Shown here piece by piece: positions 39,339 to 50,216 of a stretch of DNA of 64,000 bases; the first letter of the stretch is position 1, and every line of letters starts with the position of its first letter. The position numbers and the translations under genes were made by a program. Below the pieces are notes generated by a model. That model ran no database searches, was not told the DNA's origin, and saw nothing but the letters and a program-made list of their open reading frames with translations. The stretch spans positions 8,045 through 72,044 of the forward strand of contig JBKHFH010000001.1 of the NCBI GenBank assembly GCA_046540335.1. The letters are read 5' to 3'. Origin of the DNA: Thermoplasmata archaeon (GTDB lineage: Archaea > Thermoplasmatota > Thermoplasmata > Halarchaeoplasmatales > Halarchaeoplasmataceae).

Positions 39339-40160
39339 ATGACGAGGGGAACGATAATCGCGATGGGAGGTAATATAGATCTAAGACCTGATACTCCACT
39401 TTTCAAAGAATACTTCAATGTAGCTCAGAAGATAACACCAGGGACACCGACTATAGGTATAATTCCTACAGCTAGCGGAACACCAGAGATGAGTATGAAG
39501 GGTTACTCCGATCTATTCGAAAGTTACAGTTCAAAAACAGTTGTGATCGATCCTAAAAGCAGAGAAGAAGCTAATGAAGAAGAGATGATAGACAAAGTAG
39601 AAAAAAGCGACGCTTTTTTCTTTACCGGTGGTCATCAAATCCGTATAACTACACTTCTTGGGGGGACTGAATTGATGGACAGATTAAAGGAAAAATTCGA
39701 GTACGGTGCACTCATCGGAGGAACCAGCGCCGGTTCAACGTGTTTGACATCTTTGATGATAGCTGGAGATCTTTTGGGAAGGCCGTTCGTTCACGGTCAG
39801 GTAGAATTGACTCAAGGACTTGGTATCATACCTGATATGGTTATAGATACTCATTTCACCGAAAGAGGCAGATTTCCGAGATTGATACACGTTGTCAGCG
39901 AAAATCCCGGCGTGAGAGGAGTCGGGATCGGTGAAGGGACCGCTATTGTTTGGGACCTGGAGAAAGAGGAGTTTAGAGTGATAGGTAGAAATTCGGTCGC
40001 GGTGGTAGATGGAGTACACATCACTAAAAACAATGCGGCCGAATTAGAGTTGGGCGAACCTCTTTCGGTCAGCGGTGTTACAGTTCACGTTTTGGCCAAT
40101 GGAGCCCGCTTCGATTACGATAAATGTGAGATGTTCCTTCCAAAAGAAGAGGAGAGCTAA
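39339..40160 (+). CDS. Peptidase S51 family protein, cyanophycinase-like (CphB/CphE-type Ser-His-Glu hydrolase)
   Basis: Nucleophile elbow IGGTSAGS. Length of about 270 aa. FFTGGHQ motif. Resembles cyanophycinase rather than the shorter PepE. Confidence 0.65.
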   Translation: MTRGTIIAMGGNIDLRPDTPLFKEYFNVAQKITPGTPTIGIIPTASGTPEMSMKGYSDLFESYSSKTVVIDPKSREEANEEEMIDKVEKSDAFFFTGGHQIRITTLLGGTELMDRLKEKFEYGALIGGTSAGSTCLTSLMIAGDLLGRPFVHGQVELTQGLGIIPDMVIDTHFTERGRFPRLIHVVSENPGVRGVGIGEGTAIVWDLEKEEFRVIGRNSVAVVDGVHITKNNAAELELGEPLSVSGVTVHVLANGARFDYDKCEMFLPKEEES

Positions 40161-41548
40161 TCCCTATATTTGTTTTCGATCATTTTTTCCGGTTCAAATA
40201 TCTCGTCCAATTTTTCTTCCGGTAGGACTTCTTTTTCTTTTGCCAATTTTGGTATAGGTATGTCCTTTTCCATCGCCTCTTTGGCCAGTTCCGCAGCTTC
40301 TATATAACCTATCTCTGGAGACAGGAGAGTAGCTAAAGATGGGGTTCTTTTCAGGTTCTTCCGACAGACTTCTTGATTTGCTTCTATACCCAAGATACAT
40401 CTCTTTTCGAACACCGGGAGATAGCTACTGAAAAGTTTGATGGAATCTATTATATTGTAAGTCATAAGCGGGACCATAACGTTCATCTCCATCTGTCCCG
40501 CTTGGTTCGCCAGGCTAACAGCTGAATCTCTGCCCATGATCTGAAAGCAGATCATATTCAGACATTCTGCCATGACGGGATTAACTTTTCCAGGCATTAT
40601 AGAAGAACCCGGTTGGACTTCTGGGAGTTCTATCTCGGCGATCCCCGTTTTAGGTCCCGATGCGAGCAGTCGCAGGTCATTTGCGATCCGTATCAATTCA
40701 GCTGCTAAATCTTTCAGACTGGACGAGTAGTCTGCCATGAGGTATCGGCTGTGATTGAGTTCAAAAGAATTTCTCGCGGGTTCAAACTTTCTACCTAAAA
40801 GGTCGGATAGTTCTTTTATCACGGCTTCCCTGAACCCATCGGGTGTGTTTGCTCCTCTTCCTGTGGCTGTGCCTCCTATAGGTAGTTCTTTGAGATTTTT
40901 CTGTGAAGCTTTAAGCCCTTCCGCGGCTCTTTCGATCGCGGAAGAATAAGCTAGAAATTCATCCCCTAGGCTTATAGGAGTCGCATCCATAAGATGGGTT
41001 CGACCGGATTTGCCTATATCGATGAATTCTTTTCCTTTGGAGCGGAAGGCTTCTGACAGCGAACCTAGCGCATCTATTAAACCCTCTGAACTTTCTATTA
41101 TCGCGAGGTGAGATGCGGTCGGGAAAGTATCGTTGGTGGACTGAGACATGTTCACGTGATCGTTCGGATGTATCTTGTCGTAGTCCCCTTTGTTTTTACC
41201 CATCAGTTCTAGCGCTACATTCGCGATGACCTCATTTATGTTCATATGGAAGGAAGTTCCAGCACCTGCCTGATAAACGTCCACCACGAACTGGTCCTCG
41301 AAACCTCCGTTTAGTATCTCATCGCAGGCACTGATGATGTATTCACCTTTTTCCTCATCCAGTTTTCCGCATCTCATGTTTGCTTCAGCGCATGCTTTTT
41401 TCAGAACCATGTAAGAGTAGATCAATTCTGCACTTTCAGTCAATCCACTGACAGGAAAGTTTTCTACAGCTCTCTGAGTCTGTACGCCGTAGTAAGCGTC
41501 TTCCGGCACTTCCTTTTCTCCCAAGCTGTCCTTTTCAATCCTTGTCAT
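40157..41548 (-). CDS. Class II fumarase/aspartase family lyase. Context next to sdhBA suggests fumarate hydratase, but signature residues resemble aspartate ammonia-lyase
   Basis: GSSIMPGKVNPVMAE signature, VNMSQSTND, GAGTSFHMNINEV. Confidence 0.8.
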   Translation of the reverse strand: MTRIEKDSLGEKEVPEDAYYGVQTQRAVENFPVSGLTESAELIYSYMVLKKACAEANMRCGKLDEEKGEYIISACDEILNGGFEDQFVVDVYQAGAGTSFHMNINEVIANVALELMGKNKGDYDKIHPNDHVNMSQSTNDTFPTASHLAIIESSEGLIDALGSLSEAFRSKGKEFIDIGKSGRTHLMDATPISLGDEFLAYSSAIERAAEGLKASQKNLKELPIGGTATGRGANTPDGFREAVIKELSDLLGRKFEPARNSFELNHSRYLMADYSSSLKDLAAELIRIANDLRLLASGPKTGIAEIELPEVQPGSSIMPGKVNPVMAECLNMICFQIMGRDSAVSLANQAGQMEMNVMVPLMTYNIIDSIKLFSSYLPVFEKRCILGIEANQEVCRKNLKRTPSLATLLSPEIGYIEAAELAKEAMEKDIPIPKLAKEKEVLPEEKLDEIFEPEKMIENKYRD

Positions 41549-42287
41549 CCTTACTTCCCTCCAGTTCCTGCCTGGCTTTACCTATACCGAAGTTGGGCGG
41601 AACGTCTTTTGGACAGACTTTCCTGCAGTTGGTGTAGAAATCACACGCCCACCAACCGTCTTCGTAGTCCGCCAGGTCCAGTCTGTTTTCCTCTTCACTT
41701 TCTCTCGTATCCAGATGAAAGCGGTAAAGTTTCGCGAGAGCCGCTGGCCCCAAATAATCATCATTCTCGCCGTTGACTGGACAGGCTCCGAAACATGCAG
41801 CACATAGGATACAGTTGGTATAATCTTCGAGTTCGCTGACTTTATCAGGATCCATCCTATGCTCTCTTTCTGGCGTTTCTTCGGGCTTCAAGAATGGCTC
41901 TATCTTCTCGTAATTGTCGTAAAATTTCCCCATATCAACTATCAGGTCTTTTTGGACTTCCAGGTGAGGCAGAGGTTCTACTAGTATGTGCTCTTCCGAT
42001 AATCCTGCTCCCTCGTCTAGAGCTCCGTAGTGTTCCAACTCGCTCTTTTGTTCCTTCACTTTTTGGACCTGGGTTCTGCACGCCAACCTGGGAACTTTGT
42101 CGATCAGCATAGCACAGGAACCACACACCGCTCCTCTGCAGGAATACCTGAAGGAAAGAGAATCATCTATATTTTCCTGAATATGGAAAAGAGCGTCTAA
42201 GACTGTCTGGCCCTCCTCGTGTGGAACATCATAAAGGTCGTAGTCTTCTTCCTCGCCATCATATCGGTAGATTTTGAACTTCATCAA
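41535..42287 (-). CDS. sdhB: Succinate dehydrogenase/fumarate reductase iron-sulfur subunit
   Basis: 2Fe-2[12 protein letters not shown] motif and 4Fe-4S/3Fe-4S Cys clusters. Overlaps sdhA. Confidence 0.88.
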   Translation of the reverse strand: MMKFKIYRYDGEEEDYDLYDVPHEEGQTVLDALFHIQENIDDSLSFRYSCRGAVCGSCAMLIDKVPRLACRTQVQKVKEQKSELEHYGALDEGAGLSEEHILVEPLPHLEVQKDLIVDMGKFYDNYEKIEPFLKPEETPEREHRMDPDKVSELEDYTNCILCAACFGACPVNGENDDYLGPAALAKLYRFHLDTRESEEENRLDLADYEDGWWACDFYTNCRKVCPKDVPPNFGIGKARQELEGSKDDKD

Positions 42288-43990
42288 TACTCACGCTCCT
42301 TAACATCGAACTGTCCTAAAGTTACGTCTTCATAGCGAAGCTCGGGGCCTTCTCCGGTTTTTTCAACCATGGTGTGGTACATGTATCCCTCATCATCTCT
42401 ATCAGGATGATCTCTCCTGAAATGTGATCCTCTGCTCTCTTCTCTTTCTATAGAGCTTAAGGCGACTACTTCTGCTATATTAACCATGCTTTTCAGTTCC
42501 AAAGTTCTGACAAGGGCGGTATTGAACTCCTCGTTCTGGTTGTCGATATGGACCGAATCGTATTTTTCCTTCAACTCTCTGATCTTCGAGAGACCTTCTT
42601 TCATCGCTTCCTCTTCACGATAAACGCCGAAGTGCTCGAACATCGTTTCTCGAAGTTCGTCCATGAGTTCGCTGTAAAGTATATCTCCTTCTTCTTCAAG
42701 TAAGCGATTTATCTCCTCTTTATCTCTTTCTAGCGCCTGTTTGATCTCCTCTTCATCTTTTTCTTTTTTCTTCAGCGAGTCACCGATATCTTTTCCCGCC
42801 CTTCTTCCGAAGACCACAGTTTCCAGCAGCGAGTTACCGCCCAACCTGTTCGCTCCATGGACGCTAACGCAGGCGCACTCTCCCACTGCGTAGAGCCCGT
42901 CTATCTCGGTCTTACCATCGATGTTGACATCTATGCCTCCCATCGAATAGTGCTGGCCGGGCTGAACGGGGATCGGTTCTTCGACAGGATCAACGCCTGC
43001 GAAGTCCCGAGCGATCTGTCTTATACCGGGCAGTCTTTCATCGATCTTCTCTTTTCCCAGATGTGTGAGATCTAGGTGAACGTACTCGTCCTCGAAGGCT
43101 CTTCCCTCTTCCGCTTCGGTGATTATAGCTCTCGCAACTATATCTCTCGGAGCGAGTTCCATCGCCTCCGGAGCGTAGTCCTTCATGAACCTTTCTCCTT
43201 CCTTGTTTTTCAGATATCCTCCCTCGCCTCTAGCACCTTCTGTCATCAATATATTCGAGCCGTAAAGAGTTGTAGGATGGAACTGTATAAATTCCATATC
43301 TTCGAGAGGTACGCCGGCTTCGTAAGCTAGAAAAGCTCCATCGCCCGTGTTGATCAAAGCGTTGGTCGACCTGTTGTATATCCGCCCGTAACCTCCGGTA
43401 GCGAGAACTACGACATCGGACGAGAAACCGACGAGTTTTCCGTTTTCTATGTCCCAGGCTATCAAGCCCTTTATCTCCTTGTTTTTGGTGACCAGAGATG
43501 TGACAAAGAACTCGTTGTAGAAGTCGAGGCTCTCTGCTACGGTCTGTTCGAATAGCGTGTTCAGAAGGTTGTGGCCGGTTCTATCTGCGGCATAGCAAGT
43601 TCTCGGGACTCCAGCTCCTCCGAAGGGTCGCTGGGCTATCTTACCGTCATCTAGTCGTGAGAAAACCGTGCCCATATGTTCCAGTTCTAGCACAACATCC
43701 GGCGCTTCCTTGCACATCACCTCTACGGCGTCCTGATCCGCTAGATAATCAGAACCTTTGACCGTATCGAATGCGTGGTCCTCCCAGTTATCGTCCTCGG
43801 CCTCGGGAACGTTTCCAAGCGAAGCGTTTATCCCTCCCTGTGCAGCTACACTGTGGGAGCGCAGCGGATGTACTTTTGAAATTACCGCTACATCGGCTCC
43901 TTTCTTTCCCGCGGCTAGAGCAGCTCTTAAACCGGATAAACCTCCACCTATGACGAGAACTTCGTGATCCTTTATCTCCTTTTCTTCCAT
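42284..43990 (-). CDS. sdhA: Succinate dehydrogenase/fumarate reductase flavoprotein subunit
   Basis: FAD-binding [14 protein letters not shown]. Conserved SdhA core. Confidence 0.9.
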   Translation of the reverse strand: MEEKEIKDHEVLVIGGGLSGLRAALAAGKKGADVAVISKVHPLRSHSVAAQGGINASLGNVPEAEDDNWEDHAFDTVKGSDYLADQDAVEVMCKEAPDVVLELEHMGTVFSRLDDGKIAQRPFGGAGVPRTCYAADRTGHNLLNTLFEQTVAESLDFYNEFFVTSLVTKNKEIKGLIAWDIENGKLVGFSSDVVVLATGGYGRIYNRSTNALINTGDGAFLAYEAGVPLEDMEFIQFHPTTLYGSNILMTEGARGEGGYLKNKEGERFMKDYAPEAMELAPRDIVARAIITEAEEGRAFEDEYVHLDLTHLGKEKIDERLPGIRQIARDFAGVDPVEEPIPVQPGQHYSMGGIDVNIDGKTEIDGLYAVGECACVSVHGANRLGGNSLLETVVFGRRAGKDIGDSLKKKEKDEEEIKQALERDKEEINRLLEEEGDILYSELMDELRETMFEHFGVYREEEAMKEGLSKIRELKEKYDSVHIDNQNEEFNTALVRTLELKSMVNIAEVVALSSIEREESRGSHFRRDHPDRDDEGYMYHTMVEKTGEGPELRYEDVTLGQFDVKEREY

Positions 43991-44150
43991 CTAATTCCAC
44001 CCTCTCTTATATCATGGGCATATCTTGATAAAAAGATTAGGGTGTGATAATGCCTTCTAAAGGACATAATTTTAATCATTTAAAAAAGAAATTAAACGTT
44101 ATTTCCTACTTTCCTATCTTTTGTGAATATTTATATATGTTGAGGATGGT

Positions 44151-44474
44151 ATGATTGAAAGAGAGGTGTCGATATTGGCAGAGAAAGGATGTGAGGAGTG
44201 CGATTATTTCGTGAAGCACGATTCTTATGATTTCATAGGGATGTGTATCAACAAGGACAGGTTGATAACCAAGAAAGAGATATGTCCCGGTCAAAAAGAT
44301 ATTGATAGGGAAAGATTGAAGGAGATACTGAAGGAGAAGGGGTGGATCTATTGTATAACCTGTAGCGAACCGATATTCTCATTGGATGAGTTGGAAGATC
44401 ATAAGAAAGGCAGACTGATCGAGAAGCGTTTCTCGGACGACGTAGCTGCAGAGGATAGTCCAACTGCTGATTGA
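44151..44474 (+). CDS. Small Cys-containing hypothetical protein (107 aa), immediately upstream of the OFOR genes
   Basis: Six Cys including CEEC and CITC pairs. Overlaps the next gene by 4 nt. Confidence 0.4.
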   Translation: MIEREVSILAEKGCEECDYFVKHDSYDFIGMCINKDRLITKKEICPGQKDIDRERLKEILKEKGWIYCITCSEPIFSLDELEDHKKGRLIEKRFSDDVAAEDSPTAD

Positions 44475-46348
44475 GGGATAATATGACTGAGAAGCTGACT
44501 ATTATCATGGGGGGAGCTCAGGGCTCGGGGTTGGAAACGACTATCCAAATATTGAGTGCCGCTTTTGCTTCATCAGGTCATGGATTTCTAGCTGATAGGG
44601 AGTACTTTTCGAATATCAAAGGAAGACACAGTTATGTTCACGCAGAGATATCTTCCGAAAAAATACCCCGCTCCGTAGAATCGAAGATCGACCTTTTGGG
44701 TTGTATGGACGCTGAAACACTGTTCACACACTTTGATGATATCAAAGAAAGCGGTTTTCTTATCTACGATACTTCAACAGAGGGAAAGACCCAGGACAAG
44801 ATAAAAAGTTTAGAAAATAAATTGAGAGAGAGATTGAAAAAAAGGTTTGAAGAACTAGACATCGAAGGAACGATCTCTTCGGTTGTGGAGTATCTCAAAG
44901 AAGAAAAAGATGTAAGTGTTGTAGAACTCGATTATCCCGAAATACTCAAAGAACTCGAGAAAGAACATGAAATATCCTCCTCACAGGCCTCCCGGTACGT
45001 CAGTTCGATACTGATAGGGGCTGTCGCAGGGCTCATGGGCATAGACAAGTCGATGGTCGATAAAGGCGTAGAAAGAAAATTTGAAGGGAAAGAGAAGATA
45101 GCGGATCAGAACAAGTGGTTGATCGATAAAGTAGCCGAGTTAGTAAAAGAAGAACATGATTCTCCTCTTGATCTTGAGACATCGCAAATAGAAGAAGACG
45201 AGTTCATGATGGTCAACGGTAACGAAGCGACCGGCATGGGAAAGATAGTTGGAGGTATGAGATTTCAGAGCTATTATCCGATCACTCCCGCCGCCGATGA
45301 GAGCTTCTTCATAGAGCAGCAGCTTGGCGAGGAACAAGATTCAGACGTTCTAGTGTTCCAGACTGAAGATGAATTGGCAGCTATAAATTCCTGTATCGGA
45401 GCAGCGCTAACAGGGACTAGGAGCGCGACTGCGACCAGTGGACCCGGCTTTGCTTTGATGGTCGAAGGTCTTGGATGGGCGGGGATATGTGAAGTTCCGA
45501 TCGTAATCACTTACTACCAGAGAGGAGGTCCAAGTACCGGTCAACCCACTAGAGGGAGCCAGGACGATCTTATGAATGCTCTTTACTCTTCACACGGCAG
45601 TTTTCCACGCATCGTTTTAGCTTCAGGTGACCATGAGGAAGCTTTCAAAGACGCAGTTAAAGCGTTCAATCTCGCAGAGAGATACCAAACGCCGGTTATC
45701 CACCTATTAGATAAGTTTCTAGCCAACTTCGTTAAGACGATCCCGATCCCCGATATGAAGGACTTGAAGATTGATAGGGGAGATCTTTCTGAAGGTGACG
45801 GATATAAAAGGTTCGATGACGGTCCTATCTCTCCAAGAGCGTTTTTGGGAGAAGAAGTGATGTGGTACACTGGCAGTGAACATGACGAGGAGGGCAACGT
45901 GAGCGAAGACCCAGTTAACAGAGTAAACATGCACGAGAAGAGGATGATGAAATTGGAGATCGCCGCCGATGAGATCGAAGATAGAGCGGTTTATTACGGC
46001 CCTGAAGATGCAGAATACCTACTGGTCGGATGGGGCTCAGTGAAAGGTACTGTCCTGGACGCGATCGAACATCTCGATGAAGATATTGGCTATCTTCACT
46101 TCCGGATATTTTCGCCATTTCCGTTTGAAAAAACAATACCGCATCTTGAAGGAAGAGAGAAGTTGATAGCTGTGGAGCACAGTTATTCACCACGTATCTC
46201 AGAGGTGATAAGTTTGAATACAGATCACCAGATAGATAACGAGATAGTAAAATATACCGGTCGGCCTATTTATAGGGACGAGTTCATCGAGTCGCTGAAA
46301 AACATAATAGACGGCTCTGATAGGGAGGTGCTGACACATGGTCCGTGA
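44471..46348 (+). CDS. 2-oxoacid:ferredoxin oxidoreductase, fused gamma-alpha subunit (two-subunit OFOR type)
   Basis: N-terminal gamma-like domain (IIMGGAQGSGLETT), then alpha domain (GNEATGMGKIVGGMRFQSYYPITPA). Confidence 0.85.
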   Translation: MRDNMTEKLTIIMGGAQGSGLETTIQILSAAFASSGHGFLADREYFSNIKGRHSYVHAEISSEKIPRSVESKIDLLGCMDAETLFTHFDDIKESGFLIYDTSTEGKTQDKIKSLENKLRERLKKRFEELDIEGTISSVVEYLKEEKDVSVVELDYPEILKELEKEHEISSSQASRYVSSILIGAVAGLMGIDKSMVDKGVERKFEGKEKIADQNKWLIDKVAELVKEEHDSPLDLETSQIEEDEFMMVNGNEATGMGKIVGGMRFQSYYPITPAADESFFIEQQLGEEQDSDVLVFQTEDELAAINSCIGAALTGTRSATATSGPGFALMVEGLGWAGICEVPIVITYYQRGGPSTGQPTRGSQDDLMNALYSSHGSFPRIVLASGDHEEAFKDAVKAFNLAERYQTPVIHLLDKFLANFVKTIPIPDMKDLKIDRGDLSEGDGYKRFDDGPISPRAFLGEEVMWYTGSEHDEEGNVSEDPVNRVNMHEKRMMKLEIAADEIEDRAVYYGPEDAEYLLVGWGSVKGTVLDAIEHLDEDIGYLHFRIFSPFPFEKTIPHLEGREKLIAVEHSYSPRISEVISLNTDHQIDNEIVKYTGRPIYRDEFIESLKNIIDGSDREVLTHGP

Positions 46349-47243
46349 GTATGGCACTGACAACTGGATAGATTGGTGTCCAGGCTGTGGTGATTTCGGG
46401 ATAGTTTCCAGCATATACAGAGCTTTTTCCGAGCTAGAACTAGAGCCCGAGATGACGGTTGTTGTCTCTGGCATTGGCTGTTCCGGTAAGATACCGCACT
46501 TCATAAACGTCAACGGAGTACATACGCTTCACGGCCGTGCTATACCCTTCGCCACCGGTATCAAGATGTCAAATCCCAACTTAGAAGTGGTCGTTAACGG
46601 AGGAGACGGCGACCTCCTAGGTATAGGCGCAGGACACTTTGTAGCGTTAGGCAGAAGGAATCTGAATGTTTTAGTGATGATGCATAATAATAGAGTATAT
46701 GGACTGACTAAAGGACAGGCCTCACCCACTTTGGCGAGGGATGAGCAGACAAAAGCATTGAACTCGCCGAACGTACAAGACAACCTTGAGCCGATCTCCC
46801 AGGCGCTAGTTTCCGGATACACACACGTGGCTAGAAGTTTCGCTATGGACTCGGATCATCTTAAGGATGCGATTAAAGCGGGGATAGAACATGAAGGTGC
46901 AGCATTTTTGGATATACTCCAGCCCTGTGTGACTTATAACGACATCCATACATCAGAATTCTTCAATGAACATATCGAAAAACTAGAGGACTGGGATTCA
47001 GAAGGTGTTGAAGAGCCCGCCGAGGCTATCACCAAAGCTAAGATAGATGAGAAGATACCCCTTGGACTTTTCTACAAAGACACCTATAAACCCACCTTTA
47101 GAGAAAGGATAACTGAGCAGATTTCCAGCTACGCTGAAAGTCCTCCTGCAAAGAAAAAGATCGAACAAGATGGAGAACCTATTATAGATCAGGATAGATT
47201 AAGATCCATGTTCGATGAGAATCTGATAAAAAGAGAAAAGTGA
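46338..47243 (+). CDS. 2-oxoacid:ferredoxin oxidoreductase beta subunit (TPP-binding)
   Basis: CPGCGDFG ... GIGCSGK ... GGDGDLLGIG TPP motif. Confidence 0.88.
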   Translation: MVREYGTDNWIDWCPGCGDFGIVSSIYRAFSELELEPEMTVVVSGIGCSGKIPHFINVNGVHTLHGRAIPFATGIKMSNPNLEVVVNGGDGDLLGIGAGHFVALGRRNLNVLVMMHNNRVYGLTKGQASPTLARDEQTKALNSPNVQDNLEPISQALVSGYTHVARSFAMDSDHLKDAIKAGIEHEGAAFLDILQPCVTYNDIHTSEFFNEHIEKLEDWDSEGVEEPAEAITKAKIDEKIPLGLFYKDTYKPTFRERITEQISSYAESPPAKKKIEQDGEPIIDQDRLRSMFDENLIKREK

Positions 47244-47255
47244 AATTCGGTTTGA

Positions 47256-47744
47256 TCACCTTTTAGGGATCTTCTCCACAGGCACCTGGATTTCACTCAT
47301 TATGTGCAGAGTTCCGCCTTCCATTTCAGGTGTCTTTTTGAATTTTTCAATCCTTTGGCCGTAAGGTTTGTAACCCTTTTTCTTTATATATTCGTAAATC
47401 TCTTCATAAGCTTCCTGGTGATCCGATGGCGTACCTTCGAATTTTTTCTTTGCCACCTTAGTAGAAGGTAAGAACTTCAACTTGTAGCCTCCACCCCCTT
47501 TTTTTCGTCTTTTTATAGGTATTCCTATATCGACTCTAAAATCGTCGTCAGAGATCTTTTTAAAATCGTCGATATAGAACGCCGCTGGTTTACCGTAGGG
47601 TTTTGCCTTCTTCTCCTTAGCCCATCGTTTCAGATCCTTGATATATTCTTTGAACGGCAACTCATCAATTGGCCCCTCGTATTCTTTGCTTATATAATTG
47701 AGTGTCTGTCTACTCTTTATTTTAACCAAATTTTCAGCCTCCAC
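47256..47744 (-). CDS. GyrI-like small-molecule-binding domain protein (tentative)
   Basis: Size of about 160 aa and a two-repeat beta-alpha pattern. Weak call from memory. Confidence 0.35.
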   Translation of the reverse strand: MEAENLVKIKSRQTLNYISKEYEGPIDELPFKEYIKDLKRWAKEKKAKPYGKPAAFYIDDFKKISDDDFRVDIGIPIKRRKKGGGGYKLKFLPSTKVAKKKFEGTPSDHQEAYEEIYEYIKKKGYKPYGQRIEKFKKTPEMEGGTLHIMSEIQVPVEKIPKR

Positions 47745-47787
47745 AACATAAAGGTGTTATAGATATATTAAATTTATGTAAACACAA

Positions 47788-49188
47788 TCATAAGAGATTT
47801 TTATTCTTATATTCGACCATCTCGGAACCCGCGGATCGCCAGTCACTTTCTGCTTCGCTCAAAATCTGCCGGGCTCTTTTTTCTGCCTCTTTTTTGATCT
47901 TTTCTTCGTCTATACCGATGAACTCCCCATCTCTCAATATCTTTTTTCCGTTGATGAAAACGTTGTCCACTTCCATACCCGTCGAGGAATATACTAGGTT
48001 TGGGAGGATATTTCGGAAGGGTTCGTGGATCGAGGGGAAAAGATTCGTTTTCTTCAGGTCTACCGTGATGATGTCTGCTTTCTTTCCTTCTTCAAGCGTG
48101 CCTATCTTATCTTCTAATCCAAGAGCTCTCGCACCAGATTTCGTGCCAAGTGTTAAAACCTGCCAAGGAGGAAGAGCTGTAGGATCACCACTTCGGCATT
48201 TGCTCAAAAGACTGATAGTCCTCATCTCACGGAATATATTATGTGATCCGTTACCTGGAACCTGATCAGAACCAAGTGAGGCATTTCCACCTAGATCTGT
48301 AAATTTCTCCACAGGAGGAACTCTGCCGTCTATCATACCTATAGAGCTGGGACAGCCCACCATACTCACACCCTTATCGACTAGGATCTCTTTTTCCTCA
48401 TCAGTGGTCCCGTGGCAGTGGGCCGCTAATAATTTTTCATCTAAAATGTCTTCTTCCTTCAGTTTCTCGACTGTTGAGCAGCCAAATCTTCTTTTGATCT
48501 GTTTTCTTTCTCTCCCACCCTGGGCTACATGCATATGGATATTCCTGTCTTTTTTCTCTGCTCTCTCCGCTATTTTTTTCAAAGTTTTCAGAGTGACCAT
48601 ATCTAGAGCCTGAGGACCGTACATTATATCCACTATATCGGAGGGGGCGTATTTTTTGAAGAGACGTTCGTTCTCTTCAAGCTGTGAATCTGAACTTTCC
48701 AACTGGTATGTTTCTCCCTCTTTATCCCCAACCTCGTTTATCGTTTCTGCTCCCACGACTCTCGCCCCGAATGGCTGATACACCTCTTCGATAGTTTCGT
48801 CTAAATCAGTTGTGAACTCTCCAAAGGTGGTGGTTCCAGATCTTAACCCCTCTATAACTCCCAATTTTGAACCGACTATCATATCATTTTTTCCCATGTG
48901 CTTAGTTATAGGTCCAAGTGCTTTATCCATCCATTCTATTTCAGGTACGTCTTGAGCTGTTCCTCTCAGTAGGGCTAGTCCGGAATGGATGTGAGAGTCG
49001 ATCAGTCCGGGCATTGTCACATGATCAGACCCATCTATTATAGTATTAAAATCATCTTCATTGAGTTCTTTCGTTTTTCCCACGAAAGATATCCTATCCA
49101 TATCTATGCCGACTGCTCCGCTCTCGATGATAGCCGGGTCGTTATTACTGAAAGTGATGAGAGTTGTGTTCTTTATAGCCAAGTCCAT
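47788..49188 (-). CDS. Amidohydrolase-superfamily deaminase (TRZ/ATZ or MtaD-like)
   Basis: Metal-binding DSHIHS near the N-terminus, HMHVAQG, conserved C-terminal Asp region. Confidence 0.75.
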   Translation of the reverse strand: MDLAIKNTTLITFSNNDPAIIESGAVGIDMDRISFVGKTKELNEDDFNTIIDGSDHVTMPGLIDSHIHSGLALLRGTAQDVPEIEWMDKALGPITKHMGKNDMIVGSKLGVIEGLRSGTTTFGEFTTDLDETIEEVYQPFGARVVGAETINEVGDKEGETYQLESSDSQLEENERLFKKYAPSDIVDIMYGPQALDMVTLKTLKKIAERAEKKDRNIHMHVAQGGRERKQIKRRFGCSTVEKLKEEDILDEKLLAAHCHGTTDEEKEILVDKGVSMVGCPSSIGMIDGRVPPVEKFTDLGGNASLGSDQVPGNGSHNIFREMRTISLLSKCRSGDPTALPPWQVLTLGTKSGARALGLEDKIGTLEEGKKADIITVDLKKTNLFPSIHEPFRNILPNLVYSSTGMEVDNVFINGKKILRDGEFIGIDEEKIKKEAEKRARQILSEAESDWRSAGSEMVEYKNKNLL

Positions 49189-49367
49189 AAAGCCACCTTC
49201 CTTTGATAATCATCTTCATCATTATAATTACCTTTTTTGGTGGAAGAACATCTCTTACTGATCTATTCACATCCTTCATCGACCTGACAAATAAGGTCAA
49301 ACTCGACCGATACGTTTAATTGGCAGTTGTTATGTGTACAAAACTGATCCCGTAATTCTATAAGTGC

Positions 49368-50216
49368 GTGATACACATGAACCTTGCTTTTGAAATTCTA
49401 CTTTGGGTTTCACTCTTACTCCTATTCCTGGGGTTCATTTGGGACTATCACAAACATATCCATAGAGCCGCAGGATATGTTCTCTATGGTTTATTCTGGA
49501 TTACCAGTATCCCATCTTATCTGAAGATCGACGATTATTTCAATGCCTTCTTCACGGCAATAGCACTGCCCGCCTTCATCTACGTGGCTTATCATGAATA
49601 TCTCTCGAAGAAGTGGGATGAGGATCCAGAGGTGATGCGGTTTTTAGCGGGAGGCGCTTCGATAGCTTCTCTGATATATTTCGGTTTCCACCGTATACCC
49701 TTATTGAGTGGTTTTTTGATAAAATCTGTTACAGAGCAGACCGTATGGGCGATGAATGCATTAGGATACGACTTCTCCGCTGGAGCGATTGATTATGCTG
49801 GAAATCCGTTATTTTATCGGACCAGTTCAGAATCGATAAATGTCCCTGTCAACGGAACGAATATCGTGATCATACTTGCTTGTACCGGGCTTCAGGCTAT
49901 CGCCGTTGCAGCTTCTTTCATTTACAGCACCGTCACGGAGAATATAAAGAAAATAAAGAGCCTGAGCGTACTCATCCCTACGATCTATATCGCTAACATC
50001 TTCCGGAATATGATGGTGCTATATCTTGTAGAGGAAGGGATATTCTCTTTCGAAGTAGCTCACAACCAAGTCGCGAAGACTTTCTCTGTACTCGTTATGA
50101 TAGTACTCTTTATAGTAGTCTTTGAGATCATGCCCAAATTTTATGATAATATAATGGAAACGGCAAAACTGCCTCTAAGAGAACCTACCCACCAGAAACA
50201 ACAGGAACGACCTTGA
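49368..50216 (+). CDS. artA: Archaeosortase A (exosortase/archaeosortase family transpeptidase)
   Basis: About 280-aa polytopic membrane protein with a Cys in the ACTG context (ILACTGLQ) and a downstream Arg-Asn (IANIFRNMM), as in exosortase/archaeosortase active sites. PGF-CTERM substrates are encoded in the same window. Confidence 0.65.
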   Translation: MIHMNLAFEILLWVSLLLLFLGFIWDYHKHIHRAAGYVLYGLFWITSIPSYLKIDDYFNAFFTAIALPAFIYVAYHEYLSKKWDEDPEVMRFLAGGASIASLIYFGFHRIPLLSGFLIKSVTEQTVWAMNALGYDFSAGAIDYAGNPLFYRTSSESINVPVNGTNIVIILACTGLQAIAVAASFIYSTVTENIKKIKSLSVLIPTIYIANIFRNMMVLYLVEEGIFSFEVAHNQVAKTFSVLVMIVLFIVVFEIMPKFYDNIMETAKLPLREPTHQKQQERP

